This document shows, piece after piece, positions 23,098 through 33,747 of a stretch of 64,000 bases of DNA. Origin of the DNA: Zygnema circumcarinatum SAG 698-1b (lineage: Eukaryota; Plantae; Zygnematophyceae). The position numbers were made by a program, and so were the translations under genes. Every line of letters begins with the position of its first letter. Positions within the stretch are counted from its first letter, which is position 1. The stretch covers positions 2,365,331 through 2,429,330 of the forward strand of contig CM074819.1 of the NCBI GenBank assembly GCA_037447605.1, written 5' to 3'. The notes below the pieces were generated by a model, which was given only the letters and a program-made list of their open reading frames with translations, was not told the DNA's origin and ran no database searches.

Positions 23098-26000
23098 TGT
23101 AACAGCTGAGATCTGCCTCTTCAGCCTACGCGGAATCACACACCAGCACTCAGCAAAACAGAGTTCAGATCGGGAGGGATTCAAAGAGAGAGAGAGAGCT
23201 TCAGAGGGTCGCGCAGCCCTAGGCAGGGGTGCAACCGAATGCCGGTACGTTGGTTGGGTGACGACAGTCACCCACGCCCCTTTACGCTTCCCCCGTCGAA
23301 CCTCCTACCGGCATGGAGGATTGGGCGAGAACATCCAATAGCGCCATGTGTCCCCTCTCGACCCGAGATGGGTGAGAGGTGTCTAACATCTGAGCAGCTC
23401 ACCGCATTCAGCCTTGGCCCGCCGCTGCCCAGCGCGCCCGCCGTACATGGTGTGGATCCCTACAGCCTTGGCCTTGAGTTACCGGCTTGTCGGCTACCGT
23501 TCGTACCAGGTACCGTAGTATGCAGACGAGCGGCGAGAACTAAAGATCCGGGCAGCGGCCCGAATCTATCGCCCAGAGACGGTGTTGGTCCCGTGGTGCA
23601 ACCAATCCCCAATCACTCCCTTAAGCGAGGAGGGGCCCTTGGAAACAGCGGGTGTGCAGAGCGCCGCCGTGACTATGTAATTACCCCCGCGTGTAGACGG
23701 TCTTAGGTTTCGAACCTAGGACCTCCGTCGTCCTATAGGGTATCCGATGCTCTAACCGTTAGGTACTGCATTGGATGGAAACATAAAGCCACGCCGGGCT
23801 CTAAGTAACCCTTCCCCCTTGGGGTGACTGTAGCGTTTCGCTACATTACTCCCCCCCTGTGAGAATGTGAACGCCCTCGTTCACGTGTGTGGGGTAGTAA
23901 AGGCAGCTCGTAGTTTCAACGGCACGCGTCGAACTCTACGTGATAACCGGGAGGGCTCAGCGATAATCCCGGTCAAGTCCCTTTCCGAGTTTAGCGGCGA
24001 GGGCGGCTACCGAGAACCCCGTGCGCCACTACGCCCAGCTCTCTGCGGCACAAGCCTCCCCAGGTACAAGTTGATGATGAGCTCACGGCGGTGGTTAAGT
24101 TGCCCACCGACTCCCATGTGTATGTTCAACCCCATAGCCCAACCACTTCACGAGGTATTCGTGACGGGAAGATCGACCCTTTCTCACAAGACGGTGGGCT
24201 TGAATGGTTTCAACTTCATACTCAAGTTCACCTTCAAGTTCCACTGGTGGGGGAGGTGGTTGGATCCTCCCATCGCTACGGTAGACCTTTAACAAACCCA
24301 CATGAAAGACCGGATGCACGTTCATGTGGGATGGTAAATCCAACACATGCTTGACATCATTGATTAAGCTTCCGCGACTATAAGGTCCTATGAAGCGGGG
24401 CCCGCGGCTTCGTGTTCGCCATAGCTTTGAGTCTCAAGTTAAGCGTGCCAGCAACACCTCATGCGCCCCTTAGATTGAAGGTGAGTTGGAGTCTACGATG
24501 GCGGTCGGCATACTCAAACCTTTTATGCGCTGGCTAGGCGCTAGCGAGTGCGCGTGCCCTGCGGCGCCTCCGGACATTAGTCGGACAAAAGATCTGACTG
24601 CGGGAGGTTGAGTCCCATCAGTCCCTCTCAGCTTCCAAGGATCGGGGTTTCTGTGGACGCCCATGTTCCACGGATCAGGGGGCTGATCCCTTGGTTGCAG
24701 GGGATTTAGAGGATGCTGGCCAAAGTTCAAGAAGAAAGGGGTGGTACCAATGGACTCCTGGTAAGCATTATTGATGGCATACTCAGCCCAGCGGGGCGAT
24801 TCGTCCCACCCATCGGGTAGGTCCCACATAATGCGAGGAGGGGTAATCCCTCGAGGATCTGTTCACCCGTTCCGTCACGGCCATCGGTTTGCCCGGGTGG
24901 AAATTTACATCCACTCAACGCTGCCCGGGGTCCCAACGATTTTGAGCACTTCCAGATCCGAATGGCGGTGAATGCGTGGATCCGCGGTCGGAACTACAAT
25001 TCACGGTAGAAGACCATGTTCAGCTCCACACTTTGTAACGCTACAACCGTATTGTGCAATCTCGTCGGCTGGCCGGTCTTAGTTGGTTTGTCACCATCTT
25101 CTTCGACACGTCGACAAAGGCGAAGGATGGAGTCGTAATGCCCCGAGGTGTCACCGGAAGATCGTGATCAAGTCAGCACTACAACGTCCCATTTCCGAAA
25201 TGGAGGTGTGAGGGGTTGCAGCTGGCCAGGGATCCTGCCAGTGCGGGGTTTGTTTCGTTGACAAGTTGGACAAGCGAGTACATACGCTTTCACATCCCTC
25301 GAGAGTCCAGGCCACCAGAACTCTCGGAGCAGTGCCTCACGGGTTTTGGCAACTCCCATGTGACCTCGGTACGGGAGGATCATGTAGCTCACCCAGAATG
25401 AGCTGCCGTACAGTCCCGGCCTTGGGCACGACCAACTGCTGGCCGTGGTACCAGAATCCGTCCTTAGACACCACTTTGTCCTTATAGCCATTACCTTGGC
25501 CATCCAGGAACAAAGGATCACCGATGCCACCCTCACGGATCATCACATGCGAGGTCGGCGAGAGGCGGAGGAGAAGGAGTTGGCCTCCGTCAGCAGTGGG
25601 AGGATCTATGACAAAGCTTTATCTTGGAGGCGGAGGGCTTCGGGGTTGGCTTGACCCCTCACCTCTGTCATCGTTCCACCAACACTCAGTGGCAGGCACC
25701 ATCGGGCAGATGCGGCTGCGGTGGAATTACCGCTACGTGAAGCCCTTAGGGCGATAAACCCGTGGCGGTCAGAGCCCAGCAGGAGAACTTCCGAGACCCG
25801 GCGTGCACACCCTAGAGCCGAGGGGAGTACATTGGGTTGAGAGCGTCAGCCCAGCCCGGTGGTCCGGTGAGCCCATGCGTGACCATCCTTAAGCCCCTCT
25901 AAAATGGCGCATGTGTCCTCGGGGGCGTGGACCCATGGCCGGGTTCTTACGTTGCGATTTAGCGAGGAATGAAGTTTGGCGGGGTTCATTTTCGGCTTTC

Positions 26001-29000
26001 ATGCGGCTGGGTTGGCCATCTTGAGCAAGGCCGGCACCCAAGGCGATCGAGCATCACAAACCACTTCATAAGGCGGGCCGGGTCCTTCATGAGGTAAGGT
26101 CGCGGTAACAAGTGCATAGCACACCCCGAATGCATTACGGCATTGGGGGTGTAGGGAACTTAGGAGCGTATGCCAAATTAGTCAAGGGAGTAACCAACTT
26201 ACTAAACCCTTGGATGAACTTACGAAAATAGTTCGCAAATCCCAAGAAGGACCTCAACTGATGCAAGTCAGTCGGGGGTGCCCAAGTTTCTACCGCTGAA
26301 ACTTTGGCAGGGTCTGGCCGAAGGCCCTGATCATTGAGAATATGCCCAAGATAAAGCAACTCGCGCTGCATGAAGTGACACTTCTTCCTCTTGGCATAAA
26401 ATTGGTGTTTCCTCAGGGTCTCAAACACTTTCCGAACGTGTTCAAGATGTTCCTCCTCTGTCTCACTAAAGACAAGGATATCATCGAGGTAAACCAAAAC
26501 AAACTCGTCCATGCCGATGAACATTTCGTTCATCACGGCCTGGAAAGTTGCCGGAGCATTAGTCAATCCAAAGGGCAAAACCTTATATTAGAAATGACCA
26601 ATCGGCGTCCGGAACGCAGTTTTTGGCACATCAGCTTCCGTGACGCGGATCTGATGATACCCCTGAGCAAGATCAAGTGATGTAAACACTTTGGCGCCGT
26701 GAAGACGATCCAACAGATCATCAATACGTGGTAAAGCAAAACGGTTCTTTACGGTGATCTTGTTGAGTGCGCGATAATCAATGCACATCCTCAACGAGCC
26801 ATCTTTCTTCCCAACAAACAAGATGGGCGCCCCAAAGGGGCTTTGACTGGGTTCTATCCAGCCCTTGTCACGTAAAGTTGCCAACTGCTTTCGCATCTCT
26901 TCGGTTTCTTTCGGGCTTAACCGATAGATCGGCCGCCAAGGCGGCTTTTGCTCAGGCTCAAGAGGGATTGTGTGCCCCACTCCTCTAGATGGTGGCAACC
27001 CTCTTGGAAGGTCGTGGGGAAAACATCCACTGAACTCATCCAACGAGGGTTAGTTGTTTAGATTGAAACGACGAGAGCACATAAAGGCAGGTGTGATCAC
27101 ACTTGTTCTGATCTTCAAAGTAAGCTGAACATCACATAGGTGAAACACTTTAGGCACGCACTTATGAACAAGGTGCAGCAACTTCATACTTTACTTTGGC
27201 CAATTACACTGGCTGGCAGAGATAAGGAGCCAGAGGCACGTACTTGTGAGGATGTGGCTCTGCCCGAGGGAGTGCGAGGGGTGGCGCTACATGCCCATGT
27301 ACAGTAATGAGACGAGAAAAGTCCATTTGATAGCTTTTGGCCCATGGGGTTTAACCAAGCGCACTCCCAAAAAATAACATGTTGCGGGGCGTTTGTTTGA
27401 GACACTTGTGCCCCGAGGGTAGGAATAGACTTGATCTTGAGTGTGGCAGTACAGAGATCTGGCCCTTGCGTCCATCCCTGAAAGTAACACTTTCTGAATG
27501 GGGATCTGTGGTCAACCCAAATCGCTGGGTGAATGCAGAACTAACAAAGTTAGCATCTGCCCGGTATCTAGCCGGTGATAGAAGCTGCTGGGTGGCCGAT
27601 AGCGATCAGGAGTGAAGGTCGTAGCCCGCGATGGGCAAGGAATGGAACATAGATGCGCTATATGCGAGGGTTTGGGGGCGGCAATCTCCACACCAATGTG
27701 TAGGAGTAGGCCAACGGCCAAAGTACGGTGGATCCTTCCACACCAGCGTGGCGCGCCTACTCTGGCCCACCCAACGCCGAAGTAAGCGTTGGGAAAGAGT
27801 GCAAACACCATGGCGAGAACCCGGCACATACAGCTAAGACATGAAATTTCCCACTTGACATACAGCGACCAGCAGCACATTGCATGAGAACATCATCATA
27901 CATGACGTGAGGATAAAGGCCGTACTTGTCACCATTCATCCGAGCATCATAAACCCCGGAAGAAAGTCACTACCGATTGGCGGGGAGAGAGAGAAATGGA
28001 AGAAGGGAGTACATCAAACACAAAGAGATCTTGCACTTCGAGAGGCCTGTCCACCAAGTCAAAAGAATGTCCAGGGTTCAGAAGCAGGTGTCGCTTTTTG
28101 CATCCACTGAGTAGCGGCCCCATTTCCCTCCCCTAGCCTAGCATGTCCCGGCCTTAGCGACCCTAAAGGCTGGCTGAGGGTGGGTTGGGGACACCTCGGC
28201 CCCTGCCCTTCTTGTCCGCCAGGGGTGTTGGGAGGGGGCTTGATGGGGCCTGTACTCACTAGCACGACTTGTGAGAACACTTGTTTACTCCCCGTGCGTA
28301 GCTACTCCATTTCCTCACGAGTCAACTTACTGGCGGCCGTGCGGTGGGTGGGCGGGCAGCCACTTCCGGCTGCTTGCGCTTGTTCTTTCCTGCCAGTTTG
28401 GCAGGAGCTGAGGGTCCCGCCTTCCACGACCCTATCACGTCGCCCGACCTCTGCTGGGGTCGGGAAGGGCCTGCATCGCCTGCAGGGGCGGCGTCCAACT
28501 GAATGGCTGCATCAAAGTACAGCTCAGAGTCAGCGGGGTCCCACGGTTTCAGAGTCCGTGGGTTAGTTCTTAGCTGCTTCCTCAGGNNTGGNTTCAAGNC
28601 ATTNCTAAAGTGGAAAAAGAACTCAGCCTGTCCAGGCTTGTGAGTGGTGATTTGGGGCACCACTTGTCCTTGAGTCTCCTTGGCGCTTTAGCGGCGCGGT
28701 TTGGACCATGTTGCGAAACGCTCCGGGCCTCCAAGCGGGATCCAAGGCTAAAAGTGTTTGATAAGTTCATCACCAAACTTATCCCAGTAAGTGCTGAAGA
28801 AATCTCATGGGGGCTCACTACGGTATCTTTGGCTCCTCACGAGTGCTGAATAGCCGAGAAGCTTACCCAACTGGAGGGCAGTTGGTACTTGAAGATAAGC
28901 GCCGTTTGGCCAACCCTTTGCTCAATGAGCGTACGGTCCGTGGTAGGATGTTAAGCCCCGAGGAAGAGGGGCTACCTTGGCCGATTCATTGGGGCATCTC

Positions 29001-30425
29001 GTGGGACTGGGGGGCAGTCAGGGGCGGATCTCCCTCCGCCGCCCGGCTGACTGCCAGGCGGGGGTCCCCCCCTTCTTCAGGTGGTTGCGCCCACCCATTG
29101 GTGACTTCCCCGTGAAACCGGGGGTCGGACTTACGCGAGCCGGGCAGCTGGCGGTAGAGGCTGCTGTCGGGGCGAGCGGCGCTACGGAAGGTGGTTTTGC
29201 TAACCCTTCCCGGGGACTGCTTTGCATCCGCACGCCTCTACGGCTGAGGGGGTTGGGCATACCTTCTTGATGGTCGAACTTTGTCGAAGAGCTCCGAACT
29301 CAGCCCAGGCGTAATCCCACCGGCAGCGGACCCGTGAGCTCCATGTCGTCCACCTTCCTTGAGCAGCTCAACGTATTCACGTTCTGCTCCCTCACGCTCT
29401 TCCCCAGATCCTCAATCCTGTTCCTCATCTTCTGGGCCGCGCCCACGGTGATGTGGGCCCCGATCATGGGGTAGGGGCCCAGTTGAGGCTTCTACCGGAG
29501 CCACGGGCTCCGGTTGGGTGGGGAGAGGGGCGGGATTCTCCGGGTGACCTTGATCACCCGTGGGCTCGAGACTTCGGCCCCTCAGGTGGCGTGATCTCGA
29601 GTTCTCCTCCATCTCCTGGTCGGGGCAGGAGGTGGGGTGGCGGCCCGAGAACTGCAGGGTCCCTCCGGCCCGGCGTAAGCGTTACCGCTGACGCGGGTTC
29701 TGACCGAGAAGGCGCCGCTCGATACCAATATGAGATGCACTCTTGAAGCTACACGGAATCACACACCAGCACTCATTAAAAGCGGGGGAGGGATTGAGAG
29801 AGAGAGAGAGCAGGAGGGTGGCGCAGCTGGCGAGGGGTGCAACCGAATGCGATGCGTTGGTTGGGTGACGTGAGTCACCACGCCTGCAGCTCCAGGTGGG
29901 GCCCTCCTACCGGCATGGAGGTTAGGCGAGCACGTCCAATGGCGGACTGCCGCGTGTCCTCTCGACCCGAGATGGGTGAGAGGTGTAACATCGAACGCTC
30001 ACCCGCATTCGCGGCGCCCGCTAACAGCAGCCCAGCGCCGCCCGTACATGGAAGTGCAGTGGATCACAGCGGCAGCCTTGGATTCGGCTTGTCGGCTACG
30101 TCGACACCAGCGGGTACCCGTAATTATGCAGCCCAGACGAGCGGCCAGGCCAAAGGGGATCCGGGCGCGGCCGAGATCCAGCGAGACGAGATTGAGATTG
30201 GTACTTATCCCAATCACTCCCGCCAAAGCGAGGGAGGGACCTTGAGCTGGCGAATTGTGTGGCGCCGTGACTTATGTGAATTGCCCCGTGGCCGAACCCG
30301 TTCTTCTGGTCACATAGGGTATCCGATGCCTAACCCGTTAGATGCGCATTGGATAAAACATAAAACCACGCCCGGGCCCTAAACCCTTCCCCTTGAAAAA
30401 TTGGCCCCGTAGCGTTTAAGCTACA
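23098..30425 (-). mobile_element. Ty3/gypsy chromovirus, near full length but indel-rich; LTRs 23098-23845 and ~29729-30425
   Basis: PPT next to 23845 and PBS-like sequence at 29717-29727. [11 protein letters not shown]...DLAQGYHQI...MPFGLTNAPATFQ...VYLDDILV (26135-27043); integrase zinc finger GHMG...CPTCQ; chromodomain EYEVETIQAHR...YLVKWLGY (24095-24250). Confidence 0.88.
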
Positions 30426-31784
30426 TTTACGGCAGCAGTTGGGGCCTCGGAACCCGAGCAGCGCTACGGGTAGATTTCACCACGCACTTTTCTACTAACG
30501 CTGAGGACTGCTTTGCATCCACTTGCCTCGGCTGAGGGGGGTTGGGCATACCTTCACCGATCCTCGGGAACTGTCCGAAAGGCCCGAACTCCGACACAGG
30601 CGTGTCCGCAGGCGGACCGTGAGCTCCATGTCGTCCACCTGCCTTGTACAGGCCATGGTGGCCACGCGCTGCTGCCTTACATCCGCTCCTAGTTCGTCGA
30701 TCTTCTTCTTCATCTTCAGGGACGCGCCCACCGTGATGTGGGCCCGATCATGGGATCGGCGGATTCTGCCGGAGCCAGCGGCTCCGGTGACGCGGGGAAA
30801 GGGGCAGCAGTCACCGGATGACCTTGGTCATCCGTGGGCTCGGGACTGGGCCCCTCCATGGGGGTGGCCGCAGTCTCCGAGTTCTCCTCCATCACCTCGT
30901 CCCGAGGGACAGGTGGTGGAGGTGGCGGTCCCGAGGGCCCCGGGTCCCCTCCGGCCCGGCGAGTGGTCACCATGACCCGCAGGTTCTCTTTCAAGGAGAA
31001 GACCGCAACGCGGCTCTGATACCAATGTAACAACTGAAAAACGCCTCTTCAGTCTGCGCAGAATCACACACCAACACTCCGAGTTCAGCGAGAGAGGGCA
31101 GGAGAGAGAGAGAGAGAAGCTTCGGCGGTGGCGCAGCCGATTGAAGTGCTGGAAACGGAAATGCGGTACGTTGGTTGGGTGGCGTTCACCCCGCGCCCCT
31201 TCACGCTTCCCGTTGAACCTCCTACAGCATGGAGGATTGGAAGCGAGAACATCCAATAACGGCTTCCTGCGTGTCCCTCCACGACCGAATGATGGAGGAG
31301 TACCACAACGTAAAACTCACGCATTCAGCGCTGGCCAGCGCGCGCGGCATAGCGGCTTGCCCGCCGCAAATGCGTCGATTACGGTCGGATCCCTACAGCG
31401 GCGTGGCGCGGGGATTCGGCAGCCGGCCCTCGATCGTACCTGCTTGAGGTACCGTAATTATGCGGACGAGCGGCGAAATTCAAAGGGGATCGGGCGCGGC
31501 CGAGATCAACTCCAGCGGACGGCGGATTGGTCCGTGGTCTTGCGACAATCCCCAATCCTCCCTTAAGCGAGGGGAGGGACCTTGGGCTGGCGGTGTGGTA
31601 GCACCCGTGACTATGTGGTACTTGCGTGTGAATTTCCGGTTCTTACGGTTGAACCTAGGACCTCCGTGGTCCTATAGGGTATCCGATGCCCTAACCGTTA
31701 GGTACTGCATTGGATGAAAACATAAAGCCACGCCGGGCCCTAAGTAACCCTTCCCCCTTGGGGTGACTGTAGCGTTTCGCTACA
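30426..31784 (-). mobile_element. 5' end of a Ty3/gypsy element: LTR 31026-31784, tRNA-iMet PBS, gag start
   Basis: TGTAGCG...GTTACA LTR ends; PBS TGGTATCAGAGCC (31012-31024); gag sequence parallels 29230-29700. Confidence 0.82.
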
Positions 31785-31844
31785 GAGACACTACTAGTGA
31801 ACAGCAGATTGATTGGGCTAGGGCCCATGAGGGCCCGAGATCCC

Positions 31845-32821
31845 AAAGAGGGGGATTATTGGTATTGGTGTATGATAGTTAGCAGACATTGTGGCACACA
31901 CTAACTTGTTGTGAATTTTCGGTTTGTAGAACATGAGATCACGCTAGGCGTGGTGCTCTTAGGAATATGATTACTTTCATTTCGGTGGAGTGCTTGTGAG
32001 TCTTGGCGTCTGGTGGCGCTGATTGAATGCATGGCCCGACACATGTCTTGTGAGGAGAGCGGTTAGCATAGCTTTGGATAATGGTCGCCCGGCGTAGCAG
32101 CGAGGCGCCAAAGGATTGGCGGCGGAAGCGACATAAGAGATATTTGGCCCGAACGAGATGCGCCCGTGGACCGCACTGCGCCAATGTGGATCACATGAGG
32201 TTGATGCTCACGGCGAAGTGTGTGGTGAGGCTGGGAAGGAAGCGGCTGGCGAAGCGGCCAGCTATGCCGGACGGTGTGCGAGCCACGACAAGAACTAGGT
32301 GCGCGTGGGTTTCTGAGGCGACTGGCGGTCGGCTGCGCTACCGGTGACCCGCTGGGACCGGTGCATGGGTTTGCAATGGCGGTGGCGGCGTGACATGTGT
32401 GTCACGTCGCGGGGCCTTTCATATTATATAGTGCATAGTTTTTATTATGGGAGTAACCCCACCCACTACTTTGTCATAGTCTGGGTCTTGATACGTGCTG
32501 CTTTCCGTCTTTGCTAGGCTGCCTACACTTATTAATGAGTGAGGTAGTGGAGTGAGAGGGACCTTGAGTAGTGGGAGAACTTCATTAATGGGAAGGCAGG
32601 TTTTATGTCTCTAGGGGTTTTAGAGCCGTGAGCTGCTCTAACACTCTCTCTGTGATTTCATTTGTGCTTGTCTTGTAGCTTCATTCTGTTGTTATGGGCG
32701 ATGAGTGAAGTAAGATAGAGCTTTGAGTGTTTGAATGTCTTCATCCGTGGGAACTCAAGTTCCAATGGAGGGCGACACCCAAGGTGGCGCCGGAAGTGGG
32801 GAGCAAACCCCTACTTCAACA
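31845..32821 (+). mobile_element. 3' end of a copia-type element: PPT plus ~965-bp LTR
   Basis: PPT AAAGAGGGGGAT matches the one at 56178-56188; LTR ends TCAACA at 32821; shares motifs with LTR 55178-56177. Confidence 0.72.
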
Positions 32822-33747
32822 GGTCACCGATGTGAGGCACGTCGCGAGGAGGGAGCGGCGGAAGTCCACCAACACGGTCACCAACAGCTTCTGCCGACGC
32901 GCCCAGTAGCGTAGAAGCCGAGCAGCGGCGAAGGAGGCGGCGGAAATCGCGATTTACAGCCGATAAAAAGGTAGCCAAGATGCGGAGGAGGGCTTAGGGG
33001 CCGTGCATCTCGAAAGGCGATGCGGCACTGGCGAAGAAGGTATCCAAAGCGGGTGGCCGAGGCAGCCAAAAACCTCTCCAGCCAGCCATAGGAACAAACT
33101 TCGTCGGCTGCATCCGCGGTGAGCATATGCGCTCGCTAGCGAGAAGGGGCGCATGTGACAGCCGCGCCTTCATGATGTGCTGCCGCGCGTGACAATAAAT
33201 TCGCGGCGGGTTGGATGCGGTAACACAATATCCCCAAAAATCGCCCGGGCACCATCCATAAGAGCCGTCGAGGCCGAACTCAGCTGCGCTGCGCGAATAG
33301 TCGGCCATTAGAAAGGGGACCTGCCCAGGTGGCTGGCTCCGTCGCTGAGTGGTTAGCTTCTTGAGCCACCGCGTGTCGCGTGCGTACAACATTATGAGCC
33401 AAAATCGTTAGCCCGATGTGCACATGAGTAGATGAACGCCACAGCATCAATGAATCACCACAAGCACAGCGAGGGAGAACCCTGCAATGGCGGATGGGGG
33501 AGCCGAGGGAGGCAGTCGGCGGCTGCCGGCAGCCTGGGGGTCAAGCGAAGGGTGGAAAATATGGGGATGAAGCCAACCAAGCCCGGCCCGGGACCGCGCG
33601 CTGAGAAAGCGAAGCGAGCNNNNNNNNNNNNNNNNNNNNNNNNNNNNNNNNNNNNNNNNNNNNNNNNNNNNNNNNNNNNNNNNNNNNNNNNNNNNNNNNN
33701 NNNNNNNNNNNNNNNNNNNCTCTCTCAACCACCCTGTCCGTCCGTAC

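Noticed and set aside
20973-31000. Treating frameshifts in these gypsy copies as biological recoding
   Set aside because: Indels are scattered and accompanied by ambiguous bases (28587-28605); decay or consensus error is the simpler explanation.
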